Below, piece after piece: positions 39,182-53,038 of a stretch of 64,000 bases of DNA. The stretch covers positions 92,876,001 to 92,940,000 of the forward strand of contig OZ024743.1 in the NCBI GenBank assembly GCA_964016885.1, written 5' to 3'. Each line of letters begins with the position of its first letter. The first letter of the stretch is position 1. Position numbers and translations under genes: made by a program. The DNA comes from Eledone cirrhosa. Taxonomy: Eukaryota. The notes beneath the pieces are model-generated. The model ran no database searches, was not told the origin of the DNA, and worked only from the letters and a program-made list of their open reading frames with translations.

Positions 39182-39934
39182 TTTAATTTTTTTTTTTTTT
39201 TTTCATTAATATCTTTACAGACCTATTTATTTTTTTTAGTTCGGTGACCGCTTAGGAAACCGAGCTGCTGTATACATTTCCATTTTTCTTTCTTTTAGTT
39301 TCTTTCTTTTGCAAGCTTCTCTCGCCAATGTATGTTAGTTTCAAAATAATTAGGCACGCAAACTTTTTCCTTTCTTTCAACCCTACCCTTCGCATACACA
39401 CCACTGCAAACGTCTTAAAAGCTACCGACTGCAAAATCAGAGTTTCTTGATAATTTCAGATATTTCAAACTATTATTCCGTTCGCCTTCCGAAGTAGTGA
39501 GCCTGCTATATACTCTAGAAAATATTTATTGAACAGAGATTTGGCTGCTTTTTCTAGCAGGTAAAATTAGCACATTTCTTTAGAGCCGTTCGAATCGAAC
39601 ATTATCCACATCTGTAATAATTAATTCGGAATGGGTATCGTAGCTAGTTATTTGGCCAAGTTATATAAACAAAAAGACAACATAAGTTTTAAAGACAGCG
39701 ATATCGACAGCTATGCGACACTCTCGTAGTTAATAACGTGTGTTAATTTAAAAGTTAGATGAGATTTATGTAAAATTTTATTAAGCAACCTAAATTGCTT
39801 GAAAATACTGTGTTATACGGTTGAAAGTAAGAAAAATGTTTAATAGAAAATTAAAATATAAAAATTATCGTAAAAGAAAGGTGTTTAGTGAGTTGTTTTA
39901 TACAATAAAACTATTAAATTCAGCATAAGCTTTC

Positions 39935-40053
39935 GTTTACGGCCATATCACGCTGACAACACCGGTTCTCGTCCGATCACCGAAGTTAAGCAACGTCGAG
40001 CCTAGTTAGTACTTGGATGGGTGACCGCCTGGGAACCCTAGGTGCCGTAAGCG
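39935..40053 (+). rRNA. 5S rRNA gene copy 46
   Basis: Full-length consensus copy. Confidence 0.97.
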
Positions 40054-40803
40054 TTTAATTTTTTTTTTTTTTTCATTAATATCTTTACAGAGCTATTTAT
40101 TTTTTTTAGTTCGGTGACCGCTTAGGAAACCGAGCTGCTGTATACATTTCCATTTTTCTTTCTTTTAGTTTCTTTCTTTTGCTAGCTTCTCTCGCCAATG
40201 TATGTTAGTTTCAAAATAATTAGGCACGCAAACTTTTTCCTTTCTTTCAACCCTACCCTTCGCATACACACCACTTCAAACGTCTTAAAAGCTACCGACT
40301 GCAAAATCAGAGTTTCTTGATAATTTCAGATATTTCAAACTTTTATTCCGTTCGCCTTCCGAAGTAGTGAGCCTGCTATATACTCTAGAAAATATTTATT
40401 GAACAGAGATTTGGCTGCTTTTTCTAGCAGGTAAAATTAGCACATTTCTTTAGAGCCGTTCGAATCGAAAATTATCCACATCTGTAATAATTAATTCGGA
40501 ATGGGTATCGTAGCTAGTTATTTGGCCAAGTTATATAAACAAAAAGACAACATAAGTTTTAAAGACAGCGATATCGACAGCTATGCGACACTCTCGTAGT
40601 TAATAACGTGTGTTAATTTAAAAGTTAGATGAGATTTATGTAAAATTTTATTAAGCAACCTAAATTGCTTGAAAATACTGTGTTTTCGGTTGAAAGTAAG
40701 AAAAATGTTTAATAGAAAATTAAAATATAAAAATTATCGTAAAGGAAAGGTGTTTAGTGAGTTGTTTTATACAATAAAACTATTAAATTCAGCATAAGCT
40801 TTC

Positions 40804-40922
40804 GTTTACGGCCATATCACGCTGACAACACCGGTTCTCGTCCGATCACCGAAGTTAAGCAACGTCGAGCCTAGTTAGTACTTGGATGGGTGACCGCCTG
40901 GGAACCCTAGGTGCCGTAAGCG
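40804..40922 (+). rRNA. 5S rRNA gene copy 47
   Basis: Full-length consensus copy. Confidence 0.97.
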
Positions 40923-41668
40923 TTTAATTTTTTTTTTTTTTTTTTTTTTTTCATTAATATCTTTACAGAGCTATTTATTTTTTTTAGTTCGGTGACCGCT
41001 TAGGAAACCGAGCTGCTCTATACATTTCCATTTTTCTTTCTTTTGCAAGCTTCTCTCGCCAATGTCTGTTAGTTTCAAAATAATTAGGCACGCAAACTTT
41101 TTCCTTTCTTTCAACCCTACCCTTCGCATACACACCACTGCAAACGTCTTAAAAGCTACCGACTGCAAAAACAGAGTTTCTTGATAATTTCAGATATTTC
41201 AAACGTTTATTCCGTTCGCCTTCCGAAGTAGTGAGCCTGCTATACACTCTAGAAAATATTTATTGAACAGAGATTTGGCTGCTTTTTCTAGCAGGTAAAA
41301 TTAGCACATTTCTTTAGAGCCGTTCGAATCGAACATTATCCACATCTGTAATAATTAATTCGGAATGGGTATCGTAGCTAGTTATTTGGCCAAGTTATAT
41401 AAACAAAAATACAACATAAGTTTTAAAGACAGCAATATCGACAGCTATGCGACACTCTCGTAGTTAATAACGTGTGTTAATTTAAAAGTTAGATGAGATT
41501 TATGTAAAATTTTATTAAGCAACCTAAATTGCTTGAAAATACTGTGTTATACGGTTGAAAGTAAGAAAAATGTTTAATAGAAAATTAAAATATAAAAATT
41601 ATCGTAAAAGAAAGGTGTTTAGTGAGTTGTTTTATACAATAAAACTATTAAATTCAGCATAAGCTTTC

Positions 41669-41787
41669 GTTTACGGCCATATCACGCTGACAACACCGGT
41701 TCTCGTCCGATCACCGAAGTTAAGCAACGTCGAGCCTAGTTAGTACTTGGATGGGTGACCGCCTGGGAACCCTAGGTGCCGTAAGCG
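41669..41787 (+). rRNA. 5S rRNA gene copy 48
   Basis: Full-length consensus copy. Confidence 0.97.
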
Positions 41788-42537
41788 TTTAATTTTTTTT
41801 TTTTTCCATTAATATCTTTACAGAGCTATTTATTTTTTTTAGTTCGGTGACCGCTTAGGAAACCGAGCTGCTCAATACATTTCCATTTTTCTTTCTTTTA
41901 GTTTCTTTCTTTTGCAAGCTTCTCTCGCCAATGTATGTTAGTTTCAAAATAATTAGGCACGCAAACTTTTTCCTTTCTTTCAACCCTACCCTTCGCATAC
42001 ACACCACTGCAAACGTCTTAAAAGCTACCGACTGCAAAAACAGAGTTTCTTGATAATTTCAGATATTTCAAACTTTTATTCCGTTCGCCTTCCGAAGTAG
42101 TGAGCCTGCTATATACTCTAGAAAATATTTATTGAACAGAGATTTGGCTGCTTTTTCTAGCAGGTAAAATTAGCACATTTCTTTAGAGCCGTTCGAATCG
42201 AACATTATCCACATCTGTAATTATTAATTCGGAATGGGTATCGTGGCTAGTTATTTGGCCAAGTTATATAAACAAAAAGACAACATAAGTTTTAAAGACA
42301 GAGATATCGACAGCTATGCGACACTCTCGTAGTTAATAACGTGTGTTAATTTAAAAGTTAGATGAGATTTATGTAAAATTTTATTAAGCAACCTAAATTG
42401 CTTGAAAATACTGTGCTATACGGTTGAAAGTAAGAAAAATGTTTAATAGAAAATTAAAATATAAAAATTATCGTAAAAGAAAGGTGTTTAGTGAGTTGTT
42501 TTATACAATAAAACTATTAAATTCAGCATAAGCTTTC

Positions 42538-42656
42538 GTTTACGGCCATATCACGCTGACAACACCGGTTCTCGTCCGATCACCGAAGTTAAGCAACGTC
42601 GAGCCTAGTTAGTACTTGGATGGGTGACCGCCTGGGAACCCTAGGTGCCGTAAGCG
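42538..42656 (+). rRNA. 5S rRNA gene copy 49
   Basis: Full-length consensus copy. Confidence 0.97.
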
Positions 42657-43410
42657 TTTAATTTTTTTTTTTTTTTTTTCATTAATATCTTTACAGAGCT
42701 ATTTATTTTTTTTAGTTCGGGGACCGCTTAGGAAACCGAGCTGCTGTATACATTTCCATTTTTCTTTCTTTTAGTTTCTTTCTTTTGCAAGCTTCTCTCG
42801 CCAATGTATGTTAGTTTCAAAATAATTAGGCACGCAAACTTTTTCCTTTCTTTCAACCCTACCCTTCGCATACACACCACTGCAAACGACTTAAAAGCTA
42901 CCGACTGCAAAATCAGAGTTTCTTGATAATTTCAGATATTTCAAACTATTATTCCGTTCGCCTTCCGAAGTAGTGAGCCTGCTATATACTCTAGAAAATA
43001 TTTATTGAACAGAGATTTGGCTGCTTTTTCTAGCAGGTAAAATTAGCACATTTCTTTAGAGCCGTTCGAATCGAACATTATCCACATCTGTAATAATTAA
43101 TTCGGAATGGGTATCGTAGCTAGTTATTTGGCCAAGTTATATAAACAAAAAGACAACATAAGTTTTAAAGACAGCGATATCGACAGCTATGCGACACTCT
43201 CGTAGTTAATAACGTGTGTTAATTTAAAAGTTAGATGAGATTTATGTAAAATTTTATTAAGCAACCTAAATTGCTTGAAAATACTGTGTTATACGGTTGA
43301 AAGTAAGAAAAATGTTTAATAGAAAATTAAAATATAAAAATTATCGTAAAAGAAAGGTGTTTAGTGAGTTGTTTTATACAATAAAACTATTAAATTCAGC
43401 ATAAGCTTTC

Positions 43411-43529
43411 GTTTACGGCCATATCACGCTGACAACACCGGTTCTCGTCCGATCACCGAAGTTAAGCAACGTCGAGCCTAGTTAGTACTTGGATGGGTGA
43501 CCGCCTGGGAACCCTAGGTGCCGTAAGCG
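43411..43529 (+). rRNA. 5S rRNA gene copy 50
   Basis: Full-length consensus copy. Confidence 0.97.
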
Positions 43530-44276
43530 TTTAATTTTTTTTTTTTTTTTTTTTTTTTTCATTAATATCTTTACAGAGCTATTTATTTTTTTTAGTTCGG
43601 TGACCGCTTAGGAAACCGAGCTGCTCTATACATTTCCATTTTTCTTTCTTTTGCAAGCTTCTCTCGCCAATGTCTGTTAGTTTCAAAATAATTAGGCACG
43701 CAAACTTTTTCCTTTCTTTCAACCCTACCCTTCGCATACACACCACTGCAAACGTCTTAAAAGCTACCGACTGCAAAAACAGAGTTTCTTGATAATTTCA
43801 GATATTTCAAACTTTTATTCCGTTCGCCTTCCGAAGTAGTGAGCCTGCTATATACTCTAGAAAATATTTATTGAACAGAGATTTGGCTGCTTTTTCTAGC
43901 AGGTAAAATTAGCACATTTCTTTAGAGCCGTTCGAATCGAACATTATCCACATCTGTAATAATTAATTCGGAATGGGTATCGTAGCTAGTTATTTGGCCA
44001 AGTTATATAAACAAAAAGACAACATAAGTTTTAAAGACAGCGATATCGACAGCTATGCGACACTCTCGTAGTTAATAACGTGTGTTAATTTAAAAGTTAG
44101 ATGAGATTTATGTAAAATTTTATTAAGCAACCTAAATTGCTTGAAAATACTGTGTTATACGGTTGAAAGTAAGAAAAATGTTTAATAGAAAATTAAAATA
44201 TAAAAATTATCGTAAAAGAAAGGTGTTTAGTGTGTTGTTTTATACAATAAAACTATTAAATTTAGCATAAGCTTTC

Positions 44277-44394
44277 GTTTACGGCCATATCACGCTGACA
44301 ACACGGTTCTCGTCCGATCACCGAAGTTAAGCAACGTCGAGCCTAGTTAGTACTTGGATGGGTGACCGCCTGGGAACCCTAGGTGCCGTAAGCG
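44277..44394 (+). rRNA. 5S rRNA gene copy 51 (1-nt deletion of C28/C29 in helix III)
   Basis: ACACGGTTCT instead of ACACCGGTTCT; defective copy or sequencing error. Confidence 0.88.
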
Positions 44395-45142
44395 TTTAAT
44401 TTTTTTTTTTTTTTTTTTTTTTTTTCATTAATATCTTTACAGAGCTATTTATTTTTTTTAGTTCGGTGACCGCTTAGGAAACCGAGCTGCTCTATACATT
44501 TCCATTTTTCTTTCTTTTGCAAGCTTCTCTCGCCAATGTCTGTTAGTTTCAAAATAATTAGGCACGCAAACTTTTTCCTTTCTTTCAACCCTACCCTTCG
44601 CATACACACCACTGCAAACGTCTTAAAAGCTACCGACTGCAAAAACAGAGTTTCTTGATAATTTCAGATATTTCAAACTTTTATTCCGTTCGCCTTCCGA
44701 AGTAGTGAGCCTGCTATATACTCTAGAAAATATTTATTGAACAGAGATTTGGCTGCTTTTTCTAGCAGGTAAAATTAGCACATTTCTTTAGAGCCGTTCG
44801 AATCGAACATTATCCACATCTGTAATAATTAATTCGGAATGGGTATCGTAGCTAGTTATTTGGCCAAGTTATATAAACAAAAAGACAACATAAGTTTTAA
44901 AGACAGCGATATCGACAGCTATGCGACACTCTCGTAGTTAATAACGTGTGTTAATTTAAAAGTTAGATGAGATTTATGTAAAATTTTATTAAGCAACCTA
45001 AATTGCTTGAAAATACTGTGTTATACGGTTGAAAGTAAGAAAAATGTTTAATAGAAAATTAAAATATAAAAATTATCGTAAAAGAAAGGTGTTTAGTGAG
45101 TTGTTTTATACAATAAAACTATTAAATTCAGCATAAGCTTTC

Positions 45143-45261
45143 GTTTACGGCCATATCACGCTGACAACACCGGTTCTCGTCCGATCACCGAAGTTAAGCA
45201 ACGTCGAGCCTAGTTAGTACTTGGATGGGTGACCGCCTGGGAACCCTAGGTGCCGTAAGCG
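45143..45261 (+). rRNA. 5S rRNA gene copy 52
   Basis: Full-length consensus copy. Confidence 0.97.
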
Positions 45262-46009
45262 TTTAATTTTTTTTTTTTTTTTTTTTTTTTTTCATTAATA
45301 TCTTTACAGAGCTATTTATTTTTTTTAGTTCGGTGACCGCTTAGGAAACCGAGCTGCTCTATACATTTCCATTTTTCTTTCTTTTGCAAGCTTCTCTCGC
45401 CAATGTCTGTTAGTTTCAAAATAATTAGGCACGCAAACTTTTTCCTTTCTTTCAACCCTACCCTTCGCATACACACCACTGCAAACGTCTTAAAAGCTAC
45501 CGACTGCAAAAACAGAGTTTCTTGATAATTTCAGATATTTCAAACTTTTATTCCGTTCGCCTTCCGAAGTAGTGAGCCTGCTATATACTCTAGAAAATAT
45601 TTATTGAACAGAGATTTGGCTGCTTTTTCTAGCAGGTAAAATTAGCACATTTCTTTAGAGCCGTTCGAATCGAACATTATCCACATCTGTAATAATTAAT
45701 TCGGAATGGGTATCGTAGCTAGTTATTTGGCCAAGTTATATAAACAAAAAGACAACATAAGTTTTAAAGACAGCGATATCGACAGCTATGCGACACTCTC
45801 GTAGTTAATAACGTGTGTTAATTTAAAAGTTAGATGAGATTTATGTAAAATTTTATTAAGCAACCTAAATTGCTTGAAAATACTGTGTTATACGGTTGAA
45901 AGTAAGAAAAATGTTTAATAGAAAATTAAAATATAAAAATTATCGTAAAAGAAAGGTGTTTAGTGAGTTGTTTTATACAATAAAACTATTAAATTCAGCA
46001 TAAGCTTTC

Positions 46010-46128
46010 GTTTACGGCCATATCACGCTGACAACACCGGTTCTCGTCCGATCACCGAAGTTAAGCAACGTCGAGCCTAGTTAGTACTTGGATGGGTGAC
46101 CGCCTGGGAACCCTAGGTGCCGTAAGCG
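46010..46128 (+). rRNA. 5S rRNA gene copy 53
   Basis: Full-length consensus copy. Confidence 0.97.
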
Positions 46129-46885
46129 TTTAATTTTTTTTTTTTTTTTTTTTCATTAATATCTTTACAGAGCTATTTATTTTTTTTTAGTTCGGTGACC
46201 GCTTAGGAAACCGAGCTGCTCTATACATTTCCATTTTTCTTTCTTTTAGTTTCTTTCTTTTGCAAGCTTCTCTCGCCAATGTCTGTTAGTTTCAAAATAA
46301 TTAGGCGCGCAAACTTTTTCCTTTCTTTCAACCCTACCCTTCGCATACACACCACTGCAAACGTCTTAAAAGCAACCGACTGCAAAAACAGAGTTTCTTG
46401 ATAATTTCAGATATTTCAAACTTTTATTCCGTTCGCCTTCCGAAGTAGTGAGCCTGCTATATACTCTAGAAAATATTTATTGAACAGAGATTTGGCTGCT
46501 TTTTCTAGCAGGTAAAATTAGCACATTTCTTTAGAGCCGTTCGAATCGAACATTATCCACATCTGTAATAATTAATTCGGAATGGGTATCGTAGCTAGTT
46601 ATTTGGCCAAGTTATATAAACAAAAATACAACATAAGTTTTAAAGACAGCAATATCGACAGCTATGCGACACTCTCGTAGTTAATAACGTGTGTTAATTT
46701 AAAAGTTAGATGAGATTTATGTAAAATTTTATTAAGCAACCTAAATTGCTTGAAAATACTGTGTTATACGGTTGAAAGTAAGAAAAATGTTTAATAGAAA
46801 ATTAAAATATAAAAATTATCGTAAAAGAAAGGTGTTTAGTGAGTTGTTTTATACAATAAAACTATTAAATTCAGCATAAGCTTTC

Positions 46886-47004
46886 GTTTACGGCCATATC
46901 ACGCTGACAACACCGGTTCTCGTCCGATCACCGAAGTTAAGCAACGTCGAGCCTAGTTAGTACTTGGATGGGTGACCGCCTGGGAACCCTAGGTGCCGTA
47001 AGCG
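46886..47004 (+). rRNA. 5S rRNA gene copy 54
   Basis: Full-length consensus copy. Confidence 0.97.
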
Positions 47005-47761
47005 TTTAATTTTTTTTTTTTTTTTTTTTCATTAATATCTTTACAGAGCTATTTATTTTTTTTTAGTTCGGTGACCGCTTAGGAAACCGAGCTGCTCTAT
47101 ACATTTCCATTTTTCTTTCTTTTAGTTTCTTTCTTTTGCAAGCTTCTCTCGCCAATGTCTGTTAGTTTCAAAATAATTAGGCGCGCAAACTTTTTCCTTT
47201 CTTTCAACCCTACCCTTCGCATACACACCACTGCAAACGTCTTAAAAGCTACCGACTGCAAAAACAGAGTTTCTTGATAATTTCAGATATTTCAAACTTT
47301 TATTCCGTTCGCCTTCCGAAGTAGTGAGCCTGCTATATACTCTAGAAAATATTTATTGAACAGAGATTTGGCTGCTTTTTCTAGCAGGTAAAATTAGCAC
47401 ATTTCTTTAGAGCCGTTCGAATCGAACATTATCCACATCTGTAATAATTAATTCGGAATGGGTATCGTAGCTAGTTATTTGGCCAAGTTATATAAACAAA
47501 AATACAACATAAGTTTTAAAGACAGCAATATCGACAGCTATGCGACACTCTCGTAGTTAATAACGTGTGTTAATTTAAAAGTTAGATGAGATTTATGTAA
47601 AATTTTATTAAGCAACCTAAATTGCTTGAAAATACTGTGTTATACGGTTGAAAGTAAGAAAAATGTTTAATAGAAAATTAAAATATAAAAATTATCGTAA
47701 AAGAAAGGTGTTTAGTGAGTTGTTTTATACAATAAAACTATTAAATTCAGCATAAGCTTTC

Positions 47762-47880
47762 GTTTACGGCCATATCACGCTGACAACACCGGTTCTCGTC
47801 CGATCACCGAAGTTAAGCAACGTCGAGCCTAGTTAGTACTTGGATGGGTGACCGCCTGGGAACCCTAGGTGCCGTAAGCG
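47762..47880 (+). rRNA. 5S rRNA gene copy 55
   Basis: Full-length consensus copy. Confidence 0.97.
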
Positions 47881-48616
47881 TTTAATTTTTTTTTTTTTTC
47901 ATTAATATCTTTACAGAGCTATTTATTTTTTTTAGTTCGGTGACCGCTTAGGAAACCGAGCTGCTCAATACATTTCCATTTTTCTTTCTTTTGCAAGCTT
48001 CTCTCGCCAATGTCTGTTAGTTTCAAAATAATTAGGCACGCAAACTTTTTCCTTTCTTTCAACCCTACCCTTCGCATACACACCACTGCAAACGTCTTAA
48101 AAGCTACCGACTGCAAAAACAGAGTTTCTTGATAATTTCAGATATTTCAAACTTTTATTCCGTTCGCCTTCCGAAGTAGTGAGCCTGCTATATACTCTAG
48201 AAAATATTTATTGAACAGAGATTTGGCTGCTTTTTCTAGCAGGTAAAATTTGCACATTTCTTTAGAGCCGTTCGAATCGAACATTATCCACATCTGTAAT
48301 TATTAATTCGGAATGGGTATCGTAGCTAGTTATTTGGCCAAGTTATATAAACAAAAAGACAACATAAGTTTTAAAGACAGAGATATCGAGAGCTATGCGA
48401 CACTCTCGTAGTTAATAACGTGTGTTAATTTAAAAGTTAGATGAGATTTATGTAAAATTTTATTAAGCAACCTAAATTGCTTGAGAATACTGTGCTATAC
48501 GGTTGAAAGTAAGAAAAATGTTTAATAGAAAATTAAAATATAAAAATTATCGTAAAAGAAAGGTGTTTAGTGAGTTGTTTTATACAATAAAACTATTAAA
48601 TTCAGCATAAGCTTTC

Positions 48617-48735
48617 GTTTACGGCCATATCACGCTGACAACACCGGTTCTCGTCCGATCACCGAAGTTAAGCAACGTCGAGCCTAGTTAGTACTTGGAT
48701 GGGTGACCGCCTGGGAACCCTAGGTGCCGTAAGCG
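48617..48735 (+). rRNA. 5S rRNA gene copy 56
   Basis: Full-length consensus copy. Confidence 0.97.
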
Positions 48736-49474
48736 TTTAATTTTTTTTTTTTTTTTTCATTAATATCTTTACAGAGCTATTTATTTTTTTTAGTTCGGGG
48801 ACCGCTTAGGAAACCGAGCTGCTCTATACATTTCCATTTTTCTTTCTTTTGCAAGCTTCTCTCGCCAATGTCTGTTAGTTTCAAAATAATTGGGCACGCA
48901 AACTTTTTCCTTTCTTTCAACCCTACCCTTCGCATACACACCACTGCAAATGTCTTAAAAGCTACCGACTGCAAAATCAGAGTTTCTTGATAATTTCAGA
49001 TATTTCAAACTTTTATTCCGTTCGCCTTCCGAAGTAGTGAGCCTGCTATATACTCTAGAAAATATTTATTGAACAGAGATTTGGCTGCTTTTTCTAGCAG
49101 GTAAACTTAGCACATTTGTTTAGAGCCGTTCGAATCGAACATTATCCACATCTATAATAATTAATTCGGAATGGGTATCGTAGCTAGTTATTTGGCCAAG
49201 TTATATAAACAAAAAGACAACATAAGTTTTAAAGACAGCGATATCGACAGCTATGCGACACTCTCGTAGTTAATAACGTGTGTTAATTTAAAAGTTAGAT
49301 GAGATTTATGTAAAATTTTATTAAGCAACCTAAATTGCTTGAAAATACTGTGTTATACGGTTGAAAGTAAGATAAATGTTTAATAGAAAATTAAAATATA
49401 AAAATTATCGTAAAAGAAAGGTGTTTAGTGAGTTGTTTTATACAATAAAACTATTAAATTCAGTATAAGCTTTC

Positions 49475-49593
49475 GTTTACGGCCATATCACGCTGACAAC
49501 ACCGGTTCTCGTCCGATCACCGAAGTTAAGCAACGTCGAGCCTAGTTAGTACTTGGATGGGTGACCGCCTGGGAACCCTAGGTGCCGTAAGCG
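49475..49593 (+). rRNA. 5S rRNA gene copy 57
   Basis: Full-length consensus copy; interrupted poly(T). Confidence 0.97.
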
Positions 49594-50336
49594 TTTATTT
49601 TTTTATTTTTTTTTTTTCTCATTAATATCTTTACAGAGCTATTTATTTTTTTTAGTTCGGTGACCGCTTAGGAAACCGAGCTGCTCTATACATTTCCATT
49701 TTTCTTTCTTTTGCAAGCTTCTCTCGCCAATGTCTGTTAGTTTCAAAATAATTAGGCACGCAAACTTTTTCCTTTCTTTCAACCCTACCCTTCGCATACA
49801 CACCACTGCAAACGTCTTAAAAGCTACCGACTGCAAAATCAGAGTTTCTTGATAATTTCAGATATTTCAAACTTTTATTCCGTTCGCCTTCCGAAGTAGT
49901 GAGCCTGCTATATACTCTAGAAAATATTTATTGAACAGAGATTTGGCTGCTTTTTCTAGCAGGTAAACTTAGCACATTTCTTTAGAGCCGTTCGAATCGA
50001 ACATTATCCACATCTATAATAATTAATTCGGAATGGGTATCGTAGCTAGTTATTTGGCCAAGTTATATAAACAAAAAGACAACATAAGTTTTAAAGACAG
50101 CGATATCGACAGCTATGCGACACTCTCGTAGCTAATAACGTGTGTTAATTTAAAAGTTAGATGAGATTTATGTAAAATTTTATTAAGCAATCTAAATTGC
50201 TTGAAAATACTGTGTTATACGGTTGATAGTAAGAAAAATGTTTAATAGAAAATTAAAATATAAAAATTATCGTAAAAGAAAGGTGTTTAGTGAGTTGTTT
50301 TATACAATAAAACTATTAAATTCAGCATAAGCTTTC

Positions 50337-50455
50337 GTTTACGGCCATATCACGCTGACAACACCGGTTCTCGTCCGATCACCGAAGTTAAGCAACGTCG
50401 AGCCTAGTTAGTACTTGGATGGGTGACCGCCTGGGAACCCTAGGTGCCGTAAGCG
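50337..50455 (+). rRNA. 5S rRNA gene copy 58
   Basis: Full-length consensus copy. Confidence 0.97.
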
Positions 50456-51206
50456 TTTAATTTTTTTTTTTTTTCATTAATATCTTTACAGAGCTATTTA
50501 TTTTTTTTTAGTTCGGTGACCGCTTAGGAAACCGAGCTGCTGTATACATTTCCATTTTTCTTTCTTTTAGTTTCTTTCTTTTGCAAGCTTCTCTCGCCAA
50601 TGTATGTTAGTTTCAAAATAATTAGGCACGCAAACTTTTTCCTTTCTTTCAACCCTACCCTTCGCATACACACCACTGCAAACGTCTTAAAAGCTACCGA
50701 CTGCAAAAACAGAGTTTCTTGATAATTTCAGATATTTCAAACTTTTATTCCGTTCGCCTTCCGAAGTAGTGAGCCTGCTATATACTCTAGAAAATATTTA
50801 TTGAACAGAGATTTGGTTGCTTTTTCTAGCAGGTAAAATTAGCACATTTCTTTAGAGCCGTACGATTCGAACATTATCCACATCTGTAATAATTAATTCG
50901 GAATGGGTATCGTAGCTAGTTATTTGGCCACGTTATATAAACAAAAATACAACATAAGTTTTAAAGACAGCAATATCGACAGCTATGCGACACTCTCGTA
51001 GTTAATAACGTGTGTTAATTTAAAAGTTAGATGAGATTTATGTAAAATTTTATTAAGCAACCTAAATTGCTTGAAAATACTGTGTTATACGGTTGAAAGT
51101 AAGAAAAATGTTTAATAGAAAATTAAAATATAAAAATTATCGTAAAAGAAAGGTGTTTAGTGAGTTGTTTTATACAATAAAACTATTAAATTCAGCATAA
51201 GCTTTC

Positions 51207-51325
51207 GTTTACGGCCATATCACGCTGACAACACCGGTTCTCGTCCGATCACCGAAGTTAAGCAACGTCGAGCCTAGTTAGTACTTGGATGGGTGACCGC
51301 CTGGGAACCCTAGGTGCCGTAAGCG
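51207..51325 (+). rRNA. 5S rRNA gene copy 59
   Basis: Full-length consensus copy. Confidence 0.97.
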
Positions 51326-52061
51326 TTTAATTTTTTTTTTTTTTCATTAATATCTTTACAGAGCTATTTATTTTTTTTAGTTCGGTGACCGCTTAGGAAA
51401 CCGAGCTGCTCAATACATTTCCATTTTTCTTTCTTTTGCAAGCTTCTCTCGCCAATGTCTGTTAGTTTCAAAATAATTAGGCACGCAAACTTTTTCCTTT
51501 CTTTCAACCCTACCCTTCGCATACACACCACTGCAAACGTCTTAAAAGCTACCGACTGCAAAAACAGAGTTTCTTGATAATTTCAGATATTTCAAACTTT
51601 TATTCCGTTCGCCTTCCGAAGTAGTGAGCCTGCTATATACTCTAGAAAATATTTATTGAACAGAGATTTGGCTGCTTTTTCTAGCAGGTAAAATTTGCAC
51701 ATTTCTTTAGAGCCGTTCGAATCGAACATTATCCACATCTGTAATTATTAATTCGGAATGGGTATCGTAGCTAGTTATTTGGCCAAGTTATATAAACAAA
51801 AAGACAACATAAGTTTTAAAGACAGAGATATCGAGAGCTATGCGACACTCTCGTAGTTAATAACGTGTGTTAATTTAAAAGTTAGATGAGATTTATGTAA
51901 AATTTTATTAAGCAACCTAAATTGCTTGAGAATACTGTGCTATACGGTTGAAAGTAAGAAAAATGTTTAATAGAAAATTAAAATATAAAAATTATCGTAA
52001 AAGAAAGGTGTTTAGTGAGTTGTTTTATACAATAAAACTATTAAATTCAGCATAAGCTTTC

Positions 52062-52180
52062 GTTTACGGCCATATCACGCTGACAACACCGGTTCTCGTC
52101 CGATCACCGAAGTTAAGCAACGTCGAGCCTAGTTAGTACTTGGATGGGTGACCGCCTGGGAACCCTAGGTGCTGTAAGCG
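52062..52180 (+). rRNA. 5S rRNA gene copy 60 (C112T)
   Basis: Full-length array copy. Confidence 0.95.
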
Positions 52181-52919
52181 TTTAATTTTTTTTTTTTTTT
52201 TTCATTAATATCTTTACAGAGCTATTTATTTTTTTTAGTTCGGGGACCGCTTAGGAAACCGAGCTGCTCTATACATTTCCACTTTTCTTTCTTTTGCAAG
52301 CTTCTCTCGCCAATGTCTGTTAGTTTCAAAATAATTGGGCACGCAAACTTTTTCCTTTCTTTCAACCCTACCCTTCGCATACACACCACTGCAAATGTCT
52401 TAAAAGCTACCGACTGCAAAATCAGAGTTTCTTGATAATTTCAGATATTTCAAACTTTTATTCCGTTCGCCTTCCGAAGTAGTGAGCCTGCTATATACTC
52501 TAGAAAATATTTATTGAACAGAGATTTGGCTGCTTTTTCTAGCAGGTAAACTTAGCACATTTGTTTAGAGCCGTTCGAATCGAACATTATCCACATCTAT
52601 AATAATTAATTCGGAATGGGTATCGTAGCTAGTTATTTGGCCAAGTTATATAAACAAAAAGACAACATAAGTTTTAAAGACAGCGATATCGACAGCTATG
52701 CGACACTCTCGTAGTTAATAACGTGTGTTAATTTAAAAGTTAGATGAGATTTATGTAAAATTTTATTAAGCAACCTAAATTGCTTGAAAATACTGTGTTA
52801 TACGGTTGAAAGTAAGATAAATGTTTAATAGAAAATTAAAATATAAAAATTATCGTAAAAGAAAGGTGTTTAGTGAGTTGTTTTATACAATAAAACTATT
52901 AAATTCAGTATAAGCTTTC

Positions 52920-53038
52920 GTTTACGGCCATATCACGCTGACAACACCGGTTCTCGTCCGATCACCGAAGTTAAGCAACGTCGAGCCTAGTTAGTACTTG
53001 GATGGGTGACCGCCTGGGAACCCTAGGTGCCGTAAGCG
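52920..53038 (+). rRNA. 5S rRNA gene copy 61
   Basis: Full-length consensus copy; interrupted poly(T). Confidence 0.97.

Larger units (their letters stand above)
33838..42537 (+). repeat. Higher-order repeat: two tandem copies of a 5-unit, 4350-bp block
   Basis: Gene starts 33838/38188, 34713/39063, 35585/39935, 36454/40804, 37319/41669 all differ by exactly 4350, with matching diagnostic variants. Confidence 0.9.
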
